Source: an uncultured archaeon (GTDB lineage: Archaea; Halobacteriota; Archaeoglobi; Archaeoglobales; Archaeoglobaceae). Taken from it: DNA of 26,916 nt. The stretch covers positions 1-26,916 of the forward strand of contig CAZZIT010000147.1 of assembly GCA_964654365.1 (NCBI GenBank), read 5' to 3'. Position 1 is the first letter of the stretch; the number at the start of each line of letters is the position of its first letter. The notes beneath the pieces are model-generated. The model was not told where the DNA came from and ran no database searches. It saw only the letters and a program-made list of their open reading frames with translations. Made by a program: the position numbers and the translations under genes. Positions 1 through 7,857 of the stretch are shown one piece after another.

Positions 1-1
1 T

Positions 2-358
2 CTTTATCTTTTCATTTTTGCTCATCCATATTGGCCCAAGACCCAGGATCGTGACCTGCCATGTGTACCAGTAGGCCAAGCTGTAGAAGCCAAGAACTTC
101 GTTGTAGTCGCAAATTCGCCAAGTGTCCCATCTTGCATTCGGATCATCCGCGTATTGTGGCGGTGTCAGAAAAGTGTAGAAGATCTTCTCTTTTTTCTGG
201 AATTCCAGAAAGTCCTCATACCAGGTCATCTTCCTGTCGTTTTCCTTAAGCCTGTTCTTTCCCATTCTCTCGAAGAAGTCTATCGTTTTAAGAATCAGCT
301 CTCTGCTCTTCTCGTCCAAGTGCTCTCCTCTGAACTTTTTCGGGTTCAGCAGAATCAT
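2..358 (-). CDS. Acyl-CoA dehydrogenase family protein (FadE-like), N-terminal part, truncated by window start
   Basis: Not in ORF track. Hand translation from ATG at 358: MILLNPKKFRGEHLDEKSRELILKTIDFFERMGKNRLKENDRKMTWYEDFLEFQKKEKIFYTFLTPPQYADDPNARWDTWRICDYNEVLGFYSLAYWYTWQVTILGLGPIWMSKNEKIK..., open to the edge. The WYxDFL / WDTxR / YWYTWQVTILGLGPIW pattern matches an ACAD subfamily I recall from Actinobacteria. Confidence 0.8.
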   Translation of the reverse strand, partial: MILLNPKKFRGEHLDEKSRELILKTIDFFERMGKNRLKENDRKMTWYEDFLEFQKKEKIFYTFLTPPQYADDPNARWDTWRICDYNEVLGFYSLAYWYTWQVTILGLGPIWMSKNEKIK

Positions 359-378
359 GAGAAAAATTGACCCACCGA

Positions 379-387
379 ATTTATAAG
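379..387 (-). promoter_or_regulatory. Putative TATA box for the ACAD gene
   Basis: CTTATAAAT on the minus strand, ending about 21 nt before the ATG at 358; spacing typical of leaderless transcripts. Confidence 0.5.
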
Positions 388-398
388 AATTGCGAAGT

Positions 399-1472
399 CT
401 ATGTGCTCAGAAGCTCGTTGTATATTTTCTCGATCTTATTCGTAACAACTTCCCAGCTGAATTTCTCCTCTACAGCTTTCCTTCCAGCCCTTCCAAGTCT
501 GGTTGCGAGTTGGTCTCTTGTTAGAATTTCCTTAATTTTTTCGGAAAGTTCAGAAACATCGTTAAATGTCATTCCCCCATGCAAGGCGATTTCCGAAGGC
601 CCCGGAATGTTTGCCGAAATCACAGGCGTTGAGCAGGACATCGCTTCAAGGAGAACTATTCCGAAAGCTTCCAATCTCGAAAATGAGGGTAAAACGAGTA
701 CTCTAGCCCTCTGCATCCATTCAGCAACCTCTCTTTTCGAAAGTACTCCCATGAATGTTGCATTCACATTCAGCTCCTTAGTAAGCCTTTCAAATCTTTT
801 TCTGTCCTCTCCATCACCGACTATCACCAGATTAGCATCCAGTTCCCTCTGGACTTCGCTCATCGCCTTTATTAGCGTCGCCACACCCTTATATGCTACA
901 AGTCTTCCAACATAGAGAACTATCGGCTCTCTTTCTCCAGCGTTTTTCCCGGGCCTGAATTCACTAACGTCAACCCCATTTGGGACGATTTTAACCTTCT
1001 CCATGAATTTAGAGAGAACTGGGGAGCTCTCAGCATAGCTCTTAGTTGTAGCTATGATGACGTCAGCCTTTTCGAGAAGTTTGTTTACTATGAACTCGTT
1101 GACTCTCTCAATTCCGCTTCCGATGAATCTCGGTATCACCCACCCGTCAACCCTACTCGGAACTATCACGTCGTTGTGATACGTTATTACATGGGGTTTT
1201 CCCTCTCTCTCTGCAATTTCATCCATTTTTCGGGCAAAGAACGGTGATGGAACGTGTGAATGATAAATCTGGGACTTTATTTTCGGAAAGGAGAGGGGTA
1301 TGGGCGAATAGGGTATTTTCAAGGACCTGACAACGAGGTCGGATCCAGATGAGGAAGATAGAACGGTGACTTCGTGCCCCCTCTCTCTCAGATTCTCTAC
1401 CAGATTCTTCGCATGGATCTCTATGCCCCCGATGTGAGGAGGATAGTATGGTGTGGCGATCGCTATCTTCAC
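399..1472 (-). CDS. Glycosyltransferase family 4 (GT-B, RfaB-like)
   Basis: N-terminal PYYPPHIGGIE, VPNGVD, LYVGRLVAYKG and the EAFGIVLLEAMSC (ExFGxxxxEA) signature; AGGAG RBS upstream of a GTG start. Confidence 0.9.
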   Translation of the reverse strand: MKIAIATPYYPPHIGGIEIHAKNLVENLRERGHEVTVLSSSSGSDLVVRSLKIPYSPIPLSFPKIKSQIYHSHVPSPFFARKMDEIAEREGKPHVITYHNDVIVPSRVDGWVIPRFIGSGIERVNEFIVNKLLEKADVIIATTKSYAESSPVLSKFMEKVKIVPNGVDVSEFRPGKNAGEREPIVLYVGRLVAYKGVATLIKAMSEVQRELDANLVIVGDGEDRKRFERLTKELNVNATFMGVLSKREVAEWMQRARVLVLPSFSRLEAFGIVLLEAMSCSTPVISANIPGPSEIALHGGMTFNDVSELSEKIKEILTRDQLATRLGRAGRKAVEEKFSWEVVTNKIEKIYNELLST

Positions 1473-1507
1473 ACAATCTCCTGATTATTTCGGGTTAAAA
1501 GGCTTAA

Positions 1508-2821
1508 CTAAGGCTGAAGTGCCGGTGTCGTCACTTCCCTGTGCTCGATCCACTCCCTCAGCCAGCTCTTGATCCTGTCAATGGTTCTTACCTCCACGTC
1601 GTATATCGTTATCATTCCGAGGAGCTCTCCCCTTCTCACGTCTCCGTCTGCTATCGGAAGGAAGACTGCCTTCTCGATCTCCTTCTCCTCCTCCACCTTG
1701 CTCACTCTTCTCTGAATCGTGTCCAGGACAATGCCAAATGGATGCCTCATTATTCCGAAGGGATAAACTATCGTATTCTTTGGAAGCTTCAGCTTCCTGA
1801 TAGAGATCATACAAACCTCTCCAGCCTTCAATCTCCTGCTCTCGTTTGCAATCAAAGGCTCCCATCTAGCAACTGGAGACCTCCTGAAGCCGTAGGGTTG
1901 CACCTTTACGGCAGTCCTTATCACGCCCCCTCCGCTTCTGTGAACCGTCGTAAATGACTTCTCTTCTCCTTTCAAAACTTCTCTCAGGTCCTCGAAATCT
2001 ATGAAGTAAACAGCCACTGCTCCGAGCATGTCGCCCTGCTCGATTTTGCCGTCTTCTACAGGCAGAAATATCGCATGGCTGAGCTTTCTTTCCTCCTCCA
2101 CCCTCTTTGGCTTCCCATGCTGGATTACGTCGACGAGAGTTCCGTAGGCATTTGCCGTAAATCCAGTCGGTGCGACAACCGTGTTCTTTGGTAGTGAAAT
2201 GCACCTTATCCTCAACTTAACCACTTCGTTTCGCCTCACGTTTCTGCTCTCATCAGCTATAACAGGCTCCAGAAGAGCTATGTGGACCCTTCTGTAGATT
2301 ATGTCGTCCATTCTAAGCGCCTTCCTGACCACGTTTCCATTTTCTTTCCAGGTCAGTGTTCCGGATCTCTGCTCCTTGACGATCTCGAAGTTCTGCTGGC
2401 CAAGCCCCAATTTTTTGCCGAAAAAGTCTGTTTTAACGTAAAATACTTTGATGACGCCGATCAAATCAGACTTCTTTATCACGCCATCCTCTAAGGGGAG
2501 AAATATAGCCTGACTTATGCACTTCTCCTCCTCTATCAACGATGGCCTGCCATATTCAACGACGCTAACAGTAGTACCGAAAGCGTGACGGGTTTCGTTC
2601 AAACAACCAACCATCGTATTGGCAGGAAGGGAAATTCTCTGAACGTTAACAACTGCAGGTTTTCCCTTTTCGACAGGAGTATCCTTTTCGGCAATCAGGG
2701 GCTTCAGGTGAGTAAAGGGAGCCATTCTGAACTCAGATGGCCTTAGCTCCAGCTCGATCTTTTCAAGTTTATCCCCAACGAGTCCAGACCAGTGTCGGAC
2801 TTCGAACTTCATATCCCCCAT
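1508..2821 (-). CDS. Protein of three tandem about 100-aa repeats, DUF22-like
   Basis: Three internal repeats sharing PLIA/PVIA...(I/L)xLPxNTxV...(H/N)(A/P)(F/Y)G...EEE(K/R)...A(I/V)FLPxxDG...(L/M)(I/L)G; this architecture is recalled for archaeal DUF22 proteins. Confidence 0.7.
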   Translation of the reverse strand: MGDMKFEVRHWSGLVGDKLEKIELELRPSEFRMAPFTHLKPLIAEKDTPVEKGKPAVVNVQRISLPANTMVGCLNETRHAFGTTVSVVEYGRPSLIEEEKCISQAIFLPLEDGVIKKSDLIGVIKVFYVKTDFFGKKLGLGQQNFEIVKEQRSGTLTWKENGNVVRKALRMDDIIYRRVHIALLEPVIADESRNVRRNEVVKLRIRCISLPKNTVVAPTGFTANAYGTLVDVIQHGKPKRVEEERKLSHAIFLPVEDGKIEQGDMLGAVAVYFIDFEDLREVLKGEEKSFTTVHRSGGGVIRTAVKVQPYGFRRSPVARWEPLIANESRRLKAGEVCMISIRKLKLPKNTIVYPFGIMRHPFGIVLDTIQRRVSKVEEEKEIEKAVFLPIADGDVRRGELLGMITIYDVEVRTIDRIKSWLREWIEHREVTTPALQP

Positions 2822-2842
2822 TATAACAATTAAACGTTACCC

Positions 2843-2856
2843 TCTATAAACTTTTC
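2843..2856 (-). promoter_or_regulatory. BRE+TATA promoter for the DUF22-like gene (possibly also GT4)
   Basis: GAAAAG-TTTATAGA on the minus strand, about 22 nt before ATG 2821. Confidence 0.65.
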
Positions 2857-2902
2857 TGCCACCTCAAGGAAAAGCCTAAATCCTTTCAGTATAAAGCTGA
2901 TC

Positions 2903-4192
2903 ATGGAAAGACCGATACTTCAAGTAGCTTTAGACCTCGTTGAGCTCAAAAGAGCTCTCGAGATCGCTCAGGAGGCAATAGAGGGTGGTGCAGACTGGTT
3001 GGAAGCTGGCACGCCACTGATCAAGAGCGAGGGAATGAATGCGGTTAGAGAGCTGAAGAGGGCATTCCGGGACCACAAGATAGTTGCAGACATGAAAACG
3101 ATCGACACTGGAGCGGTTGAAGTGGAAATGGCCGCGAAGAGCGGGGCAGACGTCGTGATAATTCTTGCTCTATCAAACGATGCCACCATTGCGGAAGCGA
3201 TTCGCGCTGGAAGAAAATATGGTTGCGCGATCATGGCTGACCTGATAAACCATCCAGATCCCGTGAAAAGAGCAAAAGAGCTTGAAGAAATGGGTGTCGA
3301 CTATTTAAACGTTCATGTAGGTATAGACCAGCAGATGCTCGGGATTGATCCAATGGAGGTCCTTAAAAATGTTGTCGGAAGTGTGAACATCCCGATTGCA
3401 ACAGCTGGAGGACTTGACGCTGAGAGAGCTTCTTTTTGCGTCTCTCTCGGGGCAAAGATCGTGATAGTCGGCAGTAACATTGTGAAGTCCAGAAACGTCG
3501 TAGAGTCGGCAAAAAAAGTTAGAGAAGCCATTGATCGTAAATCGGGAGTATACGTTAAGAAGAGTATGGAAGAGGAGACCCGGGAACTCCTCATGAGGGT
3601 TTCAACCCCCAACGTGAGCGATGCCATGCACCGCGCTAAGGCCATGAGGGGGATCTACCCTCTGGTGAGGGGCAAGAAGGTCGTTGGAAAGGCTGTTACT
3701 GTTAGCACGATGGATGGGGACTGGGCCAAGCCTGTCGAGGCGATTAATGTGGCTGCAGAAGGAGACGTTATCGTTATAAAGTGCTCCGGCGACACAGCTG
3801 CAGTCTGGGGAGAGCTCGCTACGAGGAGCTGTCTGAACAGAAAGATCGCTGGAGTTATAATCGACGGGGCTGTGAGAGATGTGGACGACATAAGAGCGCT
3901 CGGATTCCCCCTGTTTGCGAGAAGAGAAGTCCCCAACGCCGGAGAGCCAAAAGGATTCGGGGAGATAAACGTAAGAATTATCTGCGGAGGCATTGAGGTA
4001 AATCCAGGAGACTGGATCGTTGCAGACGACAATGGTGTTATGGTGATCCCGAAGCAAAGGGCCTATGAGATAGCGAGGAGAGCTCTTGAAGTGAAAAAGG
4101 CTGAGGACAGGATAAGGGCTGAGATAGAGGAGAAGGGGAGAACACTCGCGGATGTCATCGAGCTATACAAGTGGGAGAAAGTTAGACAATAG
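2903..4192 (+). CDS. Bifunctional 3-hexulose-6-phosphate synthase / RraA-like (HMG aldolase family) fusion
   Basis: HPS motifs LQVALD, EAGTPLIK, DMKTIDTG, AGGL in the N-half; RraA-like C-half with TPNVSDAM, AVWG, IIDGAVRD, GDWIVADDNGV. Confidence 0.9.
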   Translation: MERPILQVALDLVELKRALEIAQEAIEGGADWLEAGTPLIKSEGMNAVRELKRAFRDHKIVADMKTIDTGAVEVEMAAKSGADVVIILALSNDATIAEAIRAGRKYGCAIMADLINHPDPVKRAKELEEMGVDYLNVHVGIDQQMLGIDPMEVLKNVVGSVNIPIATAGGLDAERASFCVSLGAKIVIVGSNIVKSRNVVESAKKVREAIDRKSGVYVKKSMEEETRELLMRVSTPNVSDAMHRAKAMRGIYPLVRGKKVVGKAVTVSTMDGDWAKPVEAINVAAEGDVIVIKCSGDTAAVWGELATRSCLNRKIAGVIIDGAVRDVDDIRALGFPLFARREVPNAGEPKGFGEINVRIICGGIEVNPGDWIVADDNGVMVIPKQRAYEIARRALEVKKAEDRIRAEIEEKGRTLADVIELYKWEKVRQ

Positions 4193-4214
4193 TCGAAATC
4201 GCTATAGTCAATTA

Positions 4215-4228
4215 GTTAAATTTATAAG
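4215..4228 (+). promoter_or_regulatory. Putative TATA box for the regulator-HMGCS-thiolase-DUF35 operon
   Basis: GTTAAATTTATAAG, TTTATAA ending about 22 nt before GTG 4249. Confidence 0.55.
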
Positions 4229-4248
4229 CCGAGAGAAAAATTAGCTTT

Positions 4249-4929
4249 GTGGAACATAAAAGGTTTGCGGAGCGAGTTTGTGGCGAGATAGCGCTTGCAG
4301 AGCATCATGGAGAAGCAATGAAAAAATGGAGGCAGATATTCTCAATTTCGCAGAGCGAAATCGCCAGGAAGCTTGGCATCTCTCCCTCGGTAATCAGCGA
4401 CTATGAAGCTGGACGCAGAAGTCCCGGAGTCGCATTCATAAAAAAGTTTGTTCTCGCACTCATAGAAATTGACTCTCAGAGGCCGAATCCCGTGATTTCA
4501 AAGTATTTGGACCTTCCAGAGTTATCTTCCGCAATCATAGACCTCGCAGAGTATTCCCGGGGGGTTAAAATCGATGATTTCTGCTCGAAGATCGATGGAG
4601 AGAGACTCAACAACTTTGAAAGACTCATAAACGGACACACGGTTATAGACAGCATCAATGCCATTTTAACGCTGAGCGCTTACGACTTCTACAGACTCTT
4701 CGGTTTTACGAGCGAGAGGGCGCTTGTCTTCACGAAAGTCACGAGCGGAAGGTCGCCGCTGGTTGCTGTCAGGGTTTCGAGCTTGAAGCCCTCTGCTGTT
4801 GTTCTTCACGGCGTCTCAAAGGTTGACGAAATGGCGATAAAAATTGCAGAAGCTGAAAAGCTTCCGCTGATTAGGACCGAGCTGGAGATTGGCGAAATGA
4901 TAGATAGGCTGAGGAGGGATTTTGTGTGA
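4249..4929 (+). CDS. XRE-type HTH transcriptional regulator with C-terminal DRTGG-like domain (COG1709-like)
   Basis: [31 protein letters not shown]; C-terminal [13 protein letters not shown]...AVVLHG...KLPLI; GTGA overlap with HMGCS. Confidence 0.8.
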   Translation: MEHKRFAERVCGEIALAEHHGEAMKKWRQIFSISQSEIARKLGISPSVISDYEAGRRSPGVAFIKKFVLALIEIDSQRPNPVISKYLDLPELSSAIIDLAEYSRGVKIDDFCSKIDGERLNNFERLINGHTVIDSINAILTLSAYDFYRLFGFTSERALVFTKVTSGRSPLVAVRVSSLKPSAVVLHGVSKVDEMAIKIAEAEKLPLIRTELEIGEMIDRLRRDFV

Positions 4930-5954
4930 TCGGGATCGTTTCATACGGAACCTACATTCCGAAGTTCAGGATCAGAGTTGAGGAGATAGCAAGGATATGG
5001 GGTGAAGACCCCGAGGCCATCAAAAACAGCTTAGGAGTTGCGGAGAAGTCCGTTCCTGATTTGGATGAGGACACGGCGACAATGGCTGTGGAAGCTGGAA
5101 GAGAAGCTTTGCAGAGGGCAGGAATTCCACCAGAGAAAATAGGGGCTATATTCGTCGGCTCGGAAAGCCATCCCTACGCTGTTAAGCCGACCGCAACGAT
5201 CGTGGGCGAGGCTCTCGGAATCGGGAATTACTACTACTGCGCCGATCTCGAGTTTGCCTGCAAGGCCGCGACAGCAGGAATGCAGCTCTGCTACGCAATG
5301 GTCAAGGCGGGGATGATCGAATACGGAATGTCCATAGGCTCTGACACGGCCCAGTCAAGGCCCGGGGATGCGCTCGAATACACAGCCGCTGCAGGAGCTT
5401 CTGCGATATTAATCGGAAGGGATCCGATTGCAGAAATCGAGGCAACGGTTTCCTACACAAGCGACACACCTGACTTCTGGAGACGCGATCTTCAGCCCTA
5501 CCCGAGCCACGGAGGAAGATTCACTGGAGCTCCCGCCTATTTCAGGCACGTTACCTCTGCAGCTAAGAAACTGATGGAGACGTGCGGATACAGCGAGAAG
5601 GACTTCGACTACGCTGTATTCCACCAGCCGAACGCGAAGTTTCCTCAGAGAGTTGCCAGAATGCTCGGGTTCGATGAGAAGAAAATAGCTGATGGGATGC
5701 TTGTCAAGGCGATCGGGAACACCTATTCTGCGGCATCTCTGCTGGGCCTGTGCGGGATTTTAGATGTGGCAAAGCCTGACCAGAGGATTCTGCTCGTTTC
5801 TTTCGGCTCAGGAGCTGGAAGCGACGCCTTTGCGATCAGGGTTACGGAGAAGATCCTCAGCTACCCCCGGAGTCTAAGGATCTGGGACAAGGTGAAGAAC
5901 TGCGTTTACCTCGACTACGCGCTTTATCTGAAGCATAGGAGGATGATAAAATGA
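4926..5954 (+). CDS. Archaeal hydroxymethylglutaryl-CoA synthase
   Basis: [12 protein letters not shown] (E80), [10 protein letters not shown] (C112), FHQPN (H233) and GNTYS motifs all intact. Confidence 0.92.
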   Translation: MIGIVSYGTYIPKFRIRVEEIARIWGEDPEAIKNSLGVAEKSVPDLDEDTATMAVEAGREALQRAGIPPEKIGAIFVGSESHPYAVKPTATIVGEALGIGNYYYCADLEFACKAATAGMQLCYAMVKAGMIEYGMSIGSDTAQSRPGDALEYTAAAGASAILIGRDPIAEIEATVSYTSDTPDFWRRDLQPYPSHGGRFTGAPAYFRHVTSAAKKLMETCGYSEKDFDYAVFHQPNAKFPQRVARMLGFDEKKIADGMLVKAIGNTYSAASLLGLCGILDVAKPDQRILLVSFGSGAGSDAFAIRVTEKILSYPRSLRIWDKVKNCVYLDYALYLKHRRMIK

Positions 5955-7102
5955 GGGTTGCGATCATTGGAGTCGGCTGCACGGAATTCGGTGAGCTCTG
6001 GGAAAAGAGCTTCAGGAGCATATTCCTTGAAGCCGGGATTGAGGCGCTAAGGGACTGCGGAATTGAGGGAAAGGAGATAGGGGCGATATATGTTGGTAAC
6101 ATGAGCGGAGGAAAGTTCATAGACCAGGAGCACATTGCTGCCTTGATTGCGGACCATGCTGGCCTCGCTGAGTTCGGAATTCCTGCCGTTAGAGTCGAAA
6201 ATGCAGATGCAAGCGGCGGATCTGCGTTTCGACAGGCTTTTATGGCCGTAGCTTCTGGAATGCACGATATAGTCATTGCAGCGGGAGTTGAGAAGGTTAC
6301 AGATTCCGTCGACCCGATGGGAGTTCTTTCAACCTCCGTCGATCAGGAGTGGGAGAGGTTCGTGGGAGCGAATCTTCCGGCGCTCTACGCAATAATGGCA
6401 AGGCTTCACATGCACGAATTCGGCACGACCGAAGAGGATCTCGCAAAAATAGCCGTTAAAAACCACAAAAATGCCGTTCACAATCCAAAAGCTCAGTTCA
6501 GAAAGGAAATAAGTGTCGAGGATGTTCTCTCCTCAGAAGTCATAGCTGATCCGCTTAAAGTGCTCGACTGCGCCCCCTTAAGCGACGGCGCTGCTGCGTT
6601 GATCCTCGCAAAAGAAGAGATTGCAAGAAAACTCTGCGATACACCCATCTTCGTCGAGGCCTGCACCCAGGCGAGCGATTACTTGGCCTTGCAGTGCAGA
6701 AAGGATCTGGTGACAATGGGATCAGTTCTCAAAGCCTCGAAAGAGGCTTACAGAATTGCGAGGACTGAGCCAAGAGAGATAGACGTTGCTGAGGTGCATG
6801 ACTCCTTCACAATTGCAGAGATCATGGCCTACGAAGACCTCGGATTTGCGAAAAAGGGAGAGGGAGCGAAACTGATAAGGGAGGGAGAGACAGAAATAGG
6901 TGGTAGGATCCCGGTGAACCCATCTGGAGGTTTGAAAGCCTGTGGGCACGCGGTTGGAGCTACAGGGATAAGGCAGATCGTTGAACTCGTTCTTCAGCTC
7001 CGCGGAGAGGCTGGAAAAAGGCAGGTTGATGCTGAAAAGGCTCTGGCCCTCAACGTTGGTGGAACCGGTGCGACTGCTGTGGTTACGATTTTGTCGAGGT
7101 GA
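5951..7102 (+). CDS. Archaeal acetoacetyl-CoA thiolase orthologue lacking both catalytic cysteines
   Basis: Colinear with methanogen mevalonate thiolases (KFGELWE-like start, GQEH-like [33 protein letters not shown]), but ENADASGG (D86) and VHDSF (S285); ATGA overlap with HMGCS. Confidence 0.88.
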   Translation: MRVAIIGVGCTEFGELWEKSFRSIFLEAGIEALRDCGIEGKEIGAIYVGNMSGGKFIDQEHIAALIADHAGLAEFGIPAVRVENADASGGSAFRQAFMAVASGMHDIVIAAGVEKVTDSVDPMGVLSTSVDQEWERFVGANLPALYAIMARLHMHEFGTTEEDLAKIAVKNHKNAVHNPKAQFRKEISVEDVLSSEVIADPLKVLDCAPLSDGAAALILAKEEIARKLCDTPIFVEACTQASDYLALQCRKDLVTMGSVLKASKEAYRIARTEPREIDVAEVHDSFTIAEIMAYEDLGFAKKGEGAKLIREGETEIGGRIPVNPSGGLKACGHAVGATGIRQIVELVLQLRGEAGKRQVDAEKALALNVGGTGATAVVTILSR

Positions 7103-7106
7103 TTTT

Positions 7107-7460
7107 ATGGTTCCGAGATTCTGGAGAAAGATAAGATACAGATATGACGTCATTGGCAGCTACTGCGAGAACTGCGGAAGCCACTACTATCCAAAAAGAG
7201 AACTCTGCCCAAAGTGTAGAAGGAAAGGAAAGCTTAGAGACGAGAATTTCCCCGATGAAGGAAAGGTCATAAGCTATACAATCGTAAACGGAAGGATCAT
7301 TGCGATGATCGAGCTGAAAAACGGTGCAAGGACCCTCGCAGAGGTGTGCGCCGACAGGATCGAGATCGGGATGAGGGTAAAGAAGGCCTTCAGAAGGTAT
7401 GGAGAGGACGGAGAAACGGGAATAATCTACTACGGAACCAAATTCGTCCCGATATGCTAA
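7107..7460 (+). CDS. DUF35 family Zn-ribbon/OB-fold protein (thiolase-HMGCS scaffold subunit)
   Basis: Real start is probably ATG 7107 (MVPRFWRKIRYRY), not 6981; CENC...CPKC ribbon, FRR..EDG..G.I.YG.KF.P C-terminus. Confidence 0.88.
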   Translation: MVPRFWRKIRYRYDVIGSYCENCGSHYYPKRELCPKCRRKGKLRDENFPDEGKVISYTIVNGRIIAMIELKNGARTLAEVCADRIEIGMRVKKAFRRYGEDGETGIIYYGTKFVPIC

Positions 7461-7504
7461 AAAAGCTCCAATAAACGAAAAATTTCAAATTAGCCATTAA
7501 TTTT

Positions 7505-7762
7505 TTATTCCTGGTTCTGGTAGGCCTTCAGAACCGCGTCAACTATTTTATCTCTTGCCTCCTTGCTCATTGGATGGAAGACATCCTGATAGCTCCCATC
7601 CTTCCCCTTCTTGCTCGGCATACTCACCCAGAGCCCCTTTTCGCCCTCGATAACCTTCAGACCCTTAACGACGAATTCGTTGTCGAGGCTTACGGAGGCG
7701 TATGCCTTAACGTTTCCTTCTCCCTTCGATTTGTATATTCTAACTTCCGTAATTTCCGCCAA
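7505..7762 (-). CDS. spoVG: SpoVG family nucleic-acid-binding protein
   Basis: ITEVRIY...KAYASVSLDNEFVVKGLKVIEGEKGLWVSMPS...YQDVFHPM...R..I..AVL.AY, typical of SpoVG; AAAGGAGG RBS before TTG. Confidence 0.92.
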   Translation of the reverse strand: MAEITEVRIYKSKGEGNVKAYASVSLDNEFVVKGLKVIEGEKGLWVSMPSKKGKDGSYQDVFHPMSKEARDKIVDAVLKAYQNQE

Positions 7763-7805
7763 TTCTAACCCTCCTTTCAGTTTTTCTCAGCCCTTTGCAG
7801 GGCAG

Positions 7806-7820
7806 TATATAAGCCTTTCC
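7806..7820 (-). promoter_or_regulatory. BRE+TATA promoter of spoVG
   Basis: GGAAAGGC-TTATATA on the minus strand, 44 nt above the start codon, leaving room for a short RBS-containing leader. Confidence 0.6.
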
Positions 7821-7857
7821 AACTCACGCGCTTAAAATCACTAAAAAAGCTTAAAAT

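Noticed and set aside
6981-7106. Longer start for the DUF35 gene
   Set aside because: Lies inside the thiolase in another frame; family similarity starts at ATG 7107
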